Positions 38,851 to 47,470 of a stretch of 60,130 nt of DNA are shown piece after piece. This DNA comes from Clostridiales bacterium UBA1740 (GTDB lineage Bacteria; Bacillota; Clostridia; Oscillospirales; CAG-272): NCBI GenBank assembly GCA_002315715.1, contig DCHY01000035.1, positions 1-60,130 on the forward strand, in the 5' to 3' direction. The notes under the pieces were generated by a model. It was not told the origin of the DNA and made no database searches. It saw only the letters and a list, made by a program, of their open reading frames with translations. The position numbers were made by a program, and so were the translations under genes. Position 1 is the stretch's first letter; each line of letters opens with the position of its first letter.

Positions 38851-40129
38851 TTCGCTTTTTACGGCGGATTTTCCCGAGGCGTACGACCCTATCCGCACAG
38901 CGCTATTGGATTTTATTGCGGATTGCGATGTCAAAATGACCAATCTCGAAACCAATCTTTCCGACTTCGGCACGTTCCCGAATCAGTATTCGGGCGGCAC
39001 GTGGCTCAACACGAAACCCGAACTGTTTTCATATCTTTCTTCGTTCGGTTTCAACTTTTACGGCACTGCCAACAACCACTGTATGGACTACGGCACGGCC
39101 GGTTTGCTCGCGACTCTCGACTGCCTCGACAAAAACGGCGTGGCACATGCCGGCACCGGAAAATCTTTGGCTGATGCCGAAAAACCTGCGATTTTGCAAA
39201 CGAAAGATGGCAAAACCGTGGCAATTTTCGCGGTCGACGCCTCGATGGAAACTCCATCAATGGCAGGAGAGAGCAACGCCGTATTTGAAGCGCGTCCGGG
39301 TGTGAACTTCTTGCGCCATACGAACACGTATACCGTCGACGAAACCGACATGGCGGATTTGATGAGAATCGCTAAGAACACTGCCATCAATTTCAGCCGT
39401 GACGGCGATATCGCCACGGGGTACGAACTGCCGGATCCCGACGGCGTTTTCGTCTTCGGAAAAACGACCTTTACGACAAACCGGGGCGTGCCGAAATCCA
39501 AATGCCATGAAAAAGACTTAAAGCGTCTGACCGACGGCATCCGAAAAGCCAAAGCGGAAAACGACCTCGTTTTGTTGCTTGTGCACTGCCACGATGAGGA
39601 AGGGACAAACTCGGTCACACCACCCGCCTATCTTTCCGAATTTTGTCATGCGGTTATCGACGCCGGCGTTTCTGCCGTTTTCGGCGGCGGATGCCACGAG
39701 TTGCGCGGCCTTGAAATGTATCGTGAAAAACCGATTTTCTATTCGCTCGGCGACTTTATCTATCAAGGCATGCGCGTCGCCTTTTTGCCTCCCGATTTCC
39801 TCCGTAAATACGCGCTTCCCCCGGATACGTCGGCAAAGGATGCGCTTTGGGCTCGCTCCCGCGGCGGTAAAATCGGACTGCAAACCAATGAAAAGAATTT
39901 TCTCACCGTCCTGCCGAAGTTGACCTTCGACGGCGACGTTCTTACGGATATGGTTTTGATGCCCGTCAAACTCGGCTTTCAGACCGGCGACGAAAAACTC
40001 GAAGGTTTGCCGTATGCGGCAACGGGCGCGGAAGCCCAAAAGATTTTTGAGAAATATCAAAAACTATCCGCTGAGCTCGGCACCGATTTGTTGCTGGAAA
40101 ACGGCTTGATTCGATTAAAGAATAGCTGA
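38825..40129 (+). CDS. CapA/PGA_cap-family metallophosphatase-fold protein (no signal peptide)
   Basis: MMKVTGTGDSLF..., NLETNL..., ANNHCMDYG, VHCHDEEG, GGGCHELRG pattern typical of CapA-family proteins. The ATG at 38825 overlaps the EamA gene end. Confidence 0.65.
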   Translation: MMKVTGTGDSLFTADFPEAYDPIRTALLDFIADCDVKMTNLETNLSDFGTFPNQYSGGTWLNTKPELFSYLSSFGFNFYGTANNHCMDYGTAGLLATLDCLDKNGVAHAGTGKSLADAEKPAILQTKDGKTVAIFAVDASMETPSMAGESNAVFEARPGVNFLRHTNTYTVDETDMADLMRIAKNTAINFSRDGDIATGYELPDPDGVFVFGKTTFTTNRGVPKSKCHEKDLKRLTDGIRKAKAENDLVLLLVHCHDEEGTNSVTPPAYLSEFCHAVIDAGVSAVFGGGCHELRGLEMYREKPIFYSLGDFIYQGMRVAFLPPDFLRKYALPPDTSAKDALWARSRGGKIGLQTNEKNFLTVLPKLTFDGDVLTDMVLMPVKLGFQTGDEKLEGLPYAATGAEAQKIFEKYQKLSAELGTDLLLENGLIRLKNS

Positions 40130-40269
40130 GTGTGATACGCTTTTCGTCAATGCCTTTCGCCTTCCGCTTTATGAATAGCCACGCGCCGTGGCTGACTAAA
40201 CGGTTTGTGAAAAAGTTATCCATCTTACAAAAGATGCCGTCGTCTGCGAAGACGGAGTGACCAAGATGT

Positions 40270-40317
40270 CGGAGGACGGACTTACGGATTCTTATTCCGC
40301 TTGTCCCCTCCGTTTTT
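40270..40317 (+). terminator. Leader terminator/attenuator 33 nt upstream of the MATE start codon
   Basis: Long imperfect hairpin CGGAGGACGGAC...GTCCCCTCCG followed by TTTTT. Located inside the 5' leader, not after a gene. Confidence 0.6.
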
Positions 40318-40350
40318 GATGCTGTGAAATCCCGGGAAAGGATAAAAGTC

Positions 40351-41667
40351 ATGTTGACCAAAGAGAAAAAACAGACGTTGCTGTCATTACTGCCCCCGAT
40401 TTTTTTGGAAGCGTTTTTAGTCACGCTCGTCGGCGTCATTGACACCGTGATGGTATCCGCCGTCAGCGACAATGCCGTCGGCGCCGTCGGCGCGTCAAAC
40501 GGAAACCTCTATATCGTCAACATGGCGCTTGCCATCGTTTCGGTGGGTGCCGCCGCCGTCATGTCGCGTTTCGTAGGCGCCGGCAAACGGAGAAACGCCG
40601 TGCGAACGCTTGGCATTTCCTGCCTGTTGAACGCCGCGCTCGGCCTTGTTTTTTCACTCGTTTTGTTTTTCTTCTCCGAAACGATCCTGACCGTCGTCGG
40701 CACGGCGCCCGAGATTTTTGCCGACGCCGTGGACTATACGCGTTACGTCGGTTTGTCCTCCGTATTTCTTGCCCTTAACTACGTCTTTTCCGCGTATCTG
40801 CGCGCCTTCGGAAAGCCGAAATTGACCTTTCTCAGCGCCACGTTCGGCAACGTCGTCAACGTAGTCCTCAACGCCGTTTTTCTCTCGTTCGGCTTCGGTG
40901 CGCTCGGCATTGCCCTTGCCACCTTGATTGCCCGCGTCGTGACGCTCGGTTTTTCGATTGCCTTTGCGCTTTCCATCCGCATCGAGAAAAACGAAAGCGA
41001 AGTGCTGCAAACGCCGAAAGAGGTGATTCGCTCGATACTCGTTATCGGCGTCCCTGCCGCGGCCGAATCCATCATGTGGACGGTTTGGAACGCCGTCAAC
41101 ATCCACTTCATCAACGGTATGGGGTATATCGCCGTCAACGCATACGGCTATCTTTCGCAAATGGCGAGCATGCTTTCCTGCCTCATTACGGCATTTACCG
41201 AAGCGTCTGCCATCCTCGTCGGTTGGAACGTCGGTGCCGGTGACAAAGAAACGACCTTCGAGACGCCGAAGCGCGCCTTTCGCTCGGGCACTCTCGTCGG
41301 TCTTGGCGTGAATGTTTTGCTCATTCCCGTCATCCGCCCGATTCTTTCGCTCATGACCGACGACGCTGCCATCTTGGCGTACGCCGTCCCGATTACCGCC
41401 ATTCAACTCGTGCGCCTGTGGGGCGACTTCGGCAACAACGTTTTCGGCATGGCGCTGAAAACGGCGGGCGATCCGCAATCGCCGCTTCTTATCGGCTTAT
41501 TCTTCATGCCGTTTTGGGTATTTGCCGGCACCTACCTTCTCGGTATCGTTTGGGGTCTCGGACTCTACGGGTATTGGATTGGCGCGGCGCTCGACGAACT
41601 TTGCCGCTGTCTTCTCATGCGAAAAGTCTGGCACAGCCGAAAATATGAAAAGATTTTTGAAAAATAA
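40351..41667 (+). CDS. MATE-family efflux transporter
   Basis: 12-TM protein with a typical MATE N-terminus (LLSLLPPIFLEAFLVTLVGVIDTVMVS). The ATG at 40351 is preceded by GGAAAGGA. Confidence 0.85.
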   Translation: MLTKEKKQTLLSLLPPIFLEAFLVTLVGVIDTVMVSAVSDNAVGAVGASNGNLYIVNMALAIVSVGAAAVMSRFVGAGKRRNAVRTLGISCLLNAALGLVFSLVLFFFSETILTVVGTAPEIFADAVDYTRYVGLSSVFLALNYVFSAYLRAFGKPKLTFLSATFGNVVNVVLNAVFLSFGFGALGIALATLIARVVTLGFSIAFALSIRIEKNESEVLQTPKEVIRSILVIGVPAAAESIMWTVWNAVNIHFINGMGYIAVNAYGYLSQMASMLSCLITAFTEASAILVGWNVGAGDKETTFETPKRAFRSGTLVGLGVNVLLIPVIRPILSLMTDDAAILAYAVPITAIQLVRLWGDFGNNVFGMALKTAGDPQSPLLIGLFFMPFWVFAGTYLLGIVWGLGLYGYWIGAALDELCRCLLMRKVWHSRKYEKIFEK

Positions 41668-41669
41668 CA

Positions 41670-41706
41670 CTCCCCCGACGGTATCCGTCGGGGGTTTTGT
41701 GTTTTT
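41670..41706 (+). terminator. Rho-independent terminator after the MATE gene
   Basis: CCCCCGACGG-TAT-CCGTCGGGGG followed by TTTTGTGTTTTT. Confidence 0.85.
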
Positions 41707-41807
41707 GGCAAAGACGGCGAAAAGAGATTTGGCGGTCGGCGGCAGGGGGAAGCGACGCGGGATTATCCCCTTTCGCGTTTCGGCGGTTGTTCTTGCCGCG
41801 CCTTTTC

Positions 41808-41835
41808 TTGACACCGCGCGCGTTTTGTTTATAAT
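41808..41835 (+). promoter_or_regulatory. Sigma-A-type promoter (TTGACA-16-TATAAT) for the MBOAT locus
   Basis: Hexamers at 41808-41813 and 41830-41835, about 48 nt upstream of the ATG at 41884. Confidence 0.55.
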
Positions 41836-41883
41836 AGTAAATGGAGTAAAATTCCAAAATGAAACCATGAAACGGAGATAGCG

Positions 41884-44247
41884 ATGAAACACTGCCGCGT
41901 CCTTTTATTGATACTTGCGCTTTTCGTTGTCTTGACGGCGTTTGCCGCCTGCGAGAAAAACGACGGAAAGTTTTCCTGTACGCTGACGGTGGGCGAGGGT
42001 GCCCACGTAAACGGCGAGAGCGCCGTCCGCGTTGAAAGCGGCGAAAGCGCCGTCTTTTCCGTTTCGCTCGACGCGCATTACGTCGTCGCGGCGGACTCGC
42101 TCAATCTCAAAAACGCGACCTTTGACGCCGCCAAAATGACCGTCACGGTCAGCGGTATCACCGAAGACACCGAGGTCGTCTTCAACCCCACGTGGGTGGA
42201 CTACGACACGACGGTCGAAGTCAACGTGATCGTGAGTTCCTCCACCTCCTCCGTCTCGGCACCCGTCGGAACGGCGTATCACCTCGGCGACCTTCTGACC
42301 GTCACGGACAGCAATAAAAACGGCGATTTCGCCGGATGGGCGTTTAACGGCGAGAGCACCGTCGTCTCGACGGAAAACCCCTATGTCTTTACCTTGACGG
42401 ATAAGATAGTCACGAAAATGGGGGACGCCACCGTCCTCAAAATCCAAGCCAAAACCCAAACCGTCGGGGTTTGCTATTACGACCCCAACGGCGGCACGAT
42501 TGCGACGAACACCGTAAACTACGCCGGCAATCAGTATCTTTCGGTCAAAAAGGACGGCGACAAACTCAAAACGACGCTATCTTCTTCCTATCTATCCAAA
42601 TGCCGTACCGGCACGGCGCTTTGGAACGACGGCACCTTTACCCGCGACGGCTATATTCTTAAGGAATACAACACCAAAGCCGACGGCACGGGCGACGCCT
42701 ACAGCCCCGGTTCCAAAGTCTATCAACTCTCCGCCGACGGCTCTCCTTTCACCCTTTATTGCATTTGGGAAGCGTATGACACCTCGGCGTTCTCGACCGA
42801 GAGCGTCACGCTGAATATCAGCGCCAACAGTCAGCGCAAAATCTATCGCACGGGGGTTAAAATCACCGATTACCACGGCACGGCACAAACCGTTGCGGTC
42901 CCCGATTTTATCGGCGGGGAACCGGTCATTGCCATCGGCGAAGGCGCTTTTACGAACGAAACGGAAATGAAAACGCTCCTCTTGCCGCGCACCGTTGGGA
43001 AAATCGAGGACGGCGCCTTTGTCGGTTGCCAAAATCTTGAAACCTTTTATTATCCGAACGGCGTCTACGACGTTTCGGACGACATCTTTGAAAACGGCGA
43101 TTATTCCCATCTGAAAACCCTCGTCGTATACACCTCCGTGGGTCCTATCTACACCAACAACGACGGGCAGGGCGTCTTCGCCTTAAAACTTTCGCGCGTG
43201 CTCGCGACGCAGGCGGACGACCGCATCATCATCGTCGGCGGTTCGTCGGTCTATCGCGGTCTTTCGACGGAGTATTTACAGGATTTGCTCGACGGCGCCT
43301 ATACCGTCGTCAACTTCGGCACGACGAGAACCACCCATTGCTTGATGTACGTCGAGGCGCTTGCCCACTACCTGCACGAGGGCGACATGATCGTTTACGC
43401 TCCCGAAAACAGCACCTACCTCATGGGTGACACCACGCTCTACTGGAAAACGCTGCGCGATATGGAGGGCATGAACAACATCTTCCGCTACGTCGATATC
43501 GGCAAATACGACGGCGTGTTCGACGCCTTTGCGGAATATTGCGGCAAGATTTACGGCACGGCGCCGAAATCCTTTGAATGCATCGTCGACAACTCCCAAA
43601 TCAACGAATACGGCGATTGCTGCGCTTCGTCACAGCAAAGATACGTCAAGGATTCGGCATACACCGACGCCTTTCTCGTCACCGTCAACGAATACTACCG
43701 CAACAGCGGTGAAGGCGGTTGGAGCGATTCCGGCTATCAGCGCGACTACACCGATACGCGCTATTGGTCGAAATTCAACGAGGGCGACTTGAAAAACGAG
43801 GTCAACCGCGTCATTCACACCGTGACCGATAACGGCATTCCCGTCTATTTCGGCTTCTGTCCCATCGACGAGAGCGCCATGCTCACGGCGAATAAAAAGA
43901 TAGCCTCCCTTGAAATTTACGATCGCATTTTCTCCACCGATTACGATTTCACGGGCCTTGTCGGCTCCTCCGTCGATTACGTTTATGCCCACGAGTATTT
44001 TGACGACAACGCCTTCCATACCAACAATTACGGAAGGACGCTTCGCACCTATCAACTCTACCGCGACCTATGCAAAACCCTCAAATTGACGGTGAAATAC
44101 AAGACGCCGACCGCCCTCGGTTACGTCAAAAAGACCGTCGGCTCCACCGCCGTGTATATGTATCAAGACGAACTTTGCTATTTTGAAACCGTAGACGGGA
44201 ACATCTCGGATACCAAGAAGTACACCGTCGATTTCTTGACAAAATGA
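41884..44247 (+). CDS. Surface lipoprotein: Flg_new/InlB-B-type repeats plus BspA-type LRR plus a C-terminal DltD/AlgX-like (SGNH-like) domain
   Basis: Lipobox LTAFAAC. Repeat signatures GDFAGWAFNG and GYILKEYNTKADGTGDAYSPGS. LRR IGEGAFTNETEMKTLLLPRTVGKIEDGAFVGCQNLETF. The C-terminal ~360 aa (IIIVGGSSVY..., YFGFCPIDES, AFHTNNYG) are paralogous to the 45963 product. Confidence 0.65.
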   Translation: MKHCRVLLLILALFVVLTAFAACEKNDGKFSCTLTVGEGAHVNGESAVRVESGESAVFSVSLDAHYVVAADSLNLKNATFDAAKMTVTVSGITEDTEVVFNPTWVDYDTTVEVNVIVSSSTSSVSAPVGTAYHLGDLLTVTDSNKNGDFAGWAFNGESTVVSTENPYVFTLTDKIVTKMGDATVLKIQAKTQTVGVCYYDPNGGTIATNTVNYAGNQYLSVKKDGDKLKTTLSSSYLSKCRTGTALWNDGTFTRDGYILKEYNTKADGTGDAYSPGSKVYQLSADGSPFTLYCIWEAYDTSAFSTESVTLNISANSQRKIYRTGVKITDYHGTAQTVAVPDFIGGEPVIAIGEGAFTNETEMKTLLLPRTVGKIEDGAFVGCQNLETFYYPNGVYDVSDDIFENGDYSHLKTLVVYTSVGPIYTNNDGQGVFALKLSRVLATQADDRIIIVGGSSVYRGLSTEYLQDLLDGAYTVVNFGTTRTTHCLMYVEALAHYLHEGDMIVYAPENSTYLMGDTTLYWKTLRDMEGMNNIFRYVDIGKYDGVFDAFAEYCGKIYGTAPKSFECIVDNSQINEYGDCCASSQQRYVKDSAYTDAFLVTVNEYYRNSGEGGWSDSGYQRDYTDTRYWSKFNEGDLKNEVNRVIHTVTDNGIPVYFGFCPIDESAMLTANKKIASLEIYDRIFSTDYDFTGLVGSSVDYVYAHEYFDDNAFHTNNYGRTLRTYQLYRDLCKTLKLTVKYKTPTALGYVKKTVGSTAVYMYQDELCYFETVDGNISDTKKYTVDFLTK

Positions 44248-44504
44248 CAACAATTATTATCATTTTCACCATTTTAGCGACACTCGCCGTCATATCACAG
44301 GTCGGCGTGTCGCTTTTGAAAGACAAGTGGAAAAAGACGTGTTCGTATATCTGCATCGTCCTTCACCTGCTTGTTTTCCCCTTTTTTCCGTACCTCGGCA
44401 TATCGATGGCTTATTGTCTTTTGTTCTATATGGCATCGACGCTGCTGCGGCTTTTCGCGGCTTCGCTTGTGAAGGCGAAAGGGGGCGACGACCGTGACGT
44501 TTAA
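44244..44504 (+). CDS. Small 3-TM membrane protein (86 aa) translationally coupled within the MBOAT locus
   Basis: ATGA overlap with the upstream gene and 11-nt overlap with the MBOAT GTG start. Three hydrophobic segments. Confidence 0.55.
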   Translation: MTTIIIIFTILATLAVISQVGVSLLKDKWKKTCSYICIVLHLLVFPFFPYLGISMAYCLLFYMASTLLRLFAASLVKAKGGDDRDV

Positions 44505-45954
44505 TTCTTTGGCGTTTCTTCTTTTCTTTCCCATCGTCGCGCTTTTCTATTTCATTCTCCCGAAAAAGCCCATCTGTAAAACGGGACTTCTTTTGCTCTC
44601 GGGCTACGTCTTTTATATGTACGAAGCCCCGGTGCTCGGCATTTTACTGCTCGGCACGACGGCGGTTTCGTATTTTGCCGCCCTCCGCATCGAAAAGAGC
44701 GAAAAACCGTCCGTGCGTAAACTTTGGCTGTCGGCGACGCTTGTCGTTTGCCTCGGCGTATTGTTTTTCTTTAAGTATTTCGATTTTCTGTCGGTCAGCC
44801 TTTGCGAACTTTTCGGTTTCTTCGGCGTGATCAAAAGCCCCGTGGTTTTGCATTTGTTACTCCCCGTCGGCATCTCGTTTTACACCTTCCAAACGCTTTC
44901 ATACGTCATTGACGTGTATCGCTTTGATATCAAAGCCGAGCGCAACTTCGGCTATTACGCCCTCTTCGTATCCTTCTTTCCGCAGCTTGTCGCAGGACCC
45001 ATTGAGCGCCCCGAGAACCTGTTGCCTCAACTCAAAGAGATACATCCCTTTGACAAAGAAAACGCCAAGCGCGGCGCCTCATTGATGCTGCTCGGCTTTT
45101 TCAAAAAAGTCGTCGTGGCAGACGGCATAGCCGCCGTCGTCGAGAAGGTGTACGGTGCGCCAAACGACGCATCGGGCTTTTCGGTGCTTTTGGCGACGGT
45201 GCTCTTTGCGGTGCAGATCTATTGCGATTTTTCGGGCTATACCGACATCGCGACGGGATGCGCGCGCATCCTCGGCGTCCGTCTGATGAAAAACTTTGAC
45301 CATCCCTACCTTGCCACCTCCGTGCGTGATTTTTGGTCGCGCTGGCATATTTCGCTGTCGTCGTGGCTGCGCGATTATCTGTATATCCCCCTCGGCGGCA
45401 ACCGCAAGGGAACCGCGCGGACGCTATGTAACATCCTTTTGGTATTCCTCGCCTCCGGCCTTTGGCACGGGGCGGCTTGGACCTTCGTCCTTTGGGGCGG
45501 CATCCACGGGGTGTATCAAATCGTCGGCAGACTGACGGCAAAACCCCGTTCGGCTTTGCTCGTTCGTCTCGGTCTTTCGGAGGATTCCGCCGCCGTCGTT
45601 TGGGAGCGCCGCGCCGTCACCTTTATCTTGGTGGATTTCGCCTGGCTCTTCTTCCGCGCCGATTCGCCGTCCGACGCCTTCGTGCTTATTCGCAAACTTT
45701 TCACGGCTTGGCAAACGCCGCTTTCGTCCTCGCTCGGTCAAATGGGTATCAGCCTGCCGCAGGCACTTTTGCTTCTTTGTTCCTTCCTTCTTTTGTGGCT
45801 TCTCGACCGCCTCGTCCGCTACGACGAGAAGGATAAGTCGGCGCTTTTATACCAAAACGGCGCCTTTATTTACCTTCTTTTCGTCATCTTCTTTGCCTGG
45901 GCGATGCTGCTTTCCGAGAACCGCGAAAGCACTTTTATCTATTTCCAATTTTAG
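44494..45954 (+). CDS. MBOAT-family membrane O-acyltransferase (AlgI/DltB/PatA-like)
   Basis: MTFNSLAFLLFFPI N-terminus, conserved His context RWHISLSSWLRDYLYIPLGGNRKG. GTG start at 44494 after GAAAGGGGG. Confidence 0.9.
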   Translation: MTFNSLAFLLFFPIVALFYFILPKKPICKTGLLLLSGYVFYMYEAPVLGILLLGTTAVSYFAALRIEKSEKPSVRKLWLSATLVVCLGVLFFFKYFDFLSVSLCELFGFFGVIKSPVVLHLLLPVGISFYTFQTLSYVIDVYRFDIKAERNFGYYALFVSFFPQLVAGPIERPENLLPQLKEIHPFDKENAKRGASLMLLGFFKKVVVADGIAAVVEKVYGAPNDASGFSVLLATVLFAVQIYCDFSGYTDIATGCARILGVRLMKNFDHPYLATSVRDFWSRWHISLSSWLRDYLYIPLGGNRKGTARTLCNILLVFLASGLWHGAAWTFVLWGGIHGVYQIVGRLTAKPRSALLVRLGLSEDSAAVVWERRAVTFILVDFAWLFFRADSPSDAFVLIRKLFTAWQTPLSSSLGQMGISLPQALLLLCSFLLLWLLDRLVRYDEKDKSALLYQNGAFIYLLFVIFFAWAMLLSENRESTFIYFQF

Positions 45955-45962
45955 GAGGGCGT

Positions 45963-47426
45963 ATGAAAAGAACCGTACTTTGTATTCTTCTGTCCCTCCT
46001 CGTTTTTCTGACACCGCTTTTCTCGCTGTTTGGCATGGCGTTTCTCACGCCGAGCGTGTATGACGAGAGTTTCGTCGGCGTTTTGGACGAAAAAGTCGAA
46101 CGTTTATACACCCTCGAAAAGTCGAAAATCGTCATCATCGGCGGCTCGTCGGTCGCCTTCGGCATCGACTCGGAACTGCTATCCGAACAGACGGGGAAAG
46201 AGGTCGTCAACTTCGGCCTTTACGCCGCCCTCGGCACCAAGGTCATGCTCGATTTGTCGAGGCGCGGTATTCACCGCGGCGACACCGTCATTTTGATGCC
46301 GGAAGCGGACGCGCAAACGATGTCGCTTTACTTTAACGCCGAAATGGCGTGGCGCGCCATCGAGGATAAACCGTCGCTTCTTTTCTCCTTGCCTATCGAC
46401 AACGTCCTGTCGATGCTCGGTTCGCTTTATCATTTCGTCCAAGACAAATGCGCGTATCTGCGCGAAGGCAAGAAAAGCCGCACGAACGATATTTACGCCG
46501 CGGAAAACTTCAACGAATACGGCGACCTTGCCGCCTATCGCGGTGCCAATACCATGACGGGCGGCGTTGACCAAAACGGCAAAATCACCCTTGGCGAAGA
46601 CCTCCTCTCGGACGACTTTATCGCTTACGTCAACGACTATATCGCCTACTGTCAAAAGAAAGGCGCAACGGTCTATTTCGGCTATTGCCCGATGAACGAA
46701 GCCGCTCTCACCGATAAATCGGACGCGGCGCTTGACGCCTATGCCGCCCTGCTGCAAGAAAAGTTTTCCTGCCCGTTTCTCGGCGACGTTCACGACGCCG
46801 TGATGGACAAAGGATACTTCTATGACACCAACTTCCACCTCAATTCGATAGGCGCCGAAAACCATACGCTTCTGTTGGCGCGCGACTATTGGGCGACGAA
46901 GGGCACGGATTTTGACGTGACGGCGCTTCTTTTGGATCCTCCCGCCTTGCCCTGTGTCGAATACGATATCGAGATGGATAATCCCGCGTCGCTTTCGGAC
47001 TTTGAACTCGAAGAAAATTTATGGTACAATCCGGCGACGGGAGAGAACGAATTTGCCGGCTACGTCATCGTCGGTTTGACCGAGGAAGGCAAAACGAAAA
47101 CGACCTTGACCGTCCCGGTTTGCAAGGACGGCAGGCGCGTTTGCCTCCTGTCGGGCGGTGCCCTTGCGGGCGGTGCCGTGGAAACCTTGATTCTTCCCGA
47201 GGAACTTTCAATGGGCTTTGATGGGGCTTTCGTCCTGGAGGACGGCTTCGCCGACGGCGCATCGTCGCTTTCCTCCGTTCATAGTTTGCTGAAAAACGGT
47301 ACGGAACTCCGTCCGCCGTCCTCGTGGCCCGTCGGCGTCACCCTTTTCGTAACCCCCGACGCCGAGAACTATTCTTCCTATAACTGGAGTAAACTGCAAA
47401 ACCTCGTCGTGAAAACGACAGAATAA
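45963..47426 (+). CDS. Membrane-anchored DltD/AlgX-like (SGNH-like) extracytoplasmic protein with a C-terminal LRR-like segment
   Basis: N-terminal TM anchor. IVIIGGSSVAFGID, YFGYCPMNEAAL and DTNFHLNSIGA match the C-terminal half of the 41884 product. AGGAGGG RBS. Confidence 0.65.
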   Translation: MKRTVLCILLSLLVFLTPLFSLFGMAFLTPSVYDESFVGVLDEKVERLYTLEKSKIVIIGGSSVAFGIDSELLSEQTGKEVVNFGLYAALGTKVMLDLSRRGIHRGDTVILMPEADAQTMSLYFNAEMAWRAIEDKPSLLFSLPIDNVLSMLGSLYHFVQDKCAYLREGKKSRTNDIYAAENFNEYGDLAAYRGANTMTGGVDQNGKITLGEDLLSDDFIAYVNDYIAYCQKKGATVYFGYCPMNEAALTDKSDAALDAYAALLQEKFSCPFLGDVHDAVMDKGYFYDTNFHLNSIGAENHTLLLARDYWATKGTDFDVTALLLDPPALPCVEYDIEMDNPASLSDFELEENLWYNPATGENEFAGYVIVGLTEEGKTKTTLTVPVCKDGRRVCLLSGGALAGGAVETLILPEELSMGFDGAFVLEDGFADGASSLSSVHSLLKNGTELRPPSSWPVGVTLFVTPDAENYSSYNWSKLQNLVVKTTE

Positions 47427-47427
47427 G

Positions 47428-47470
47428 AAAAGCCCCCTTTCGACGTTCGCCGAAAGGGGGATGCTTTTTG
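47428..47470. terminator. Bidirectional terminator between convergent operons
   Basis: CCCCCTTTCG...CGAAAGGGGG stem followed by ATGCTTTTTG, with an A-rich 5' flank. Confidence 0.8.

Noticed and set aside
40171-40260. A 29-codon ORF (MNSHAPWLTKRFVKKLSILQKMPSSAKTE) in the MATE leader as the regulatory leader peptide.
   Set aside because: It has no Shine-Dalgarno sequence upstream. The 17-codon ORF at 40266-40319 has a GGAG and overlaps the terminator, making it the better candidate.
41884-47426. Interpreting the MBOAT locus as a dlt (D-alanylation) operon.
   Set aside because: No DltA-type adenylating ligase or DltC-type carrier protein is encoded in or next to the cluster. The DltD-like domain is duplicated and fused to surface repeats, so only the general MBOAT plus SGNH-like logic is shared.
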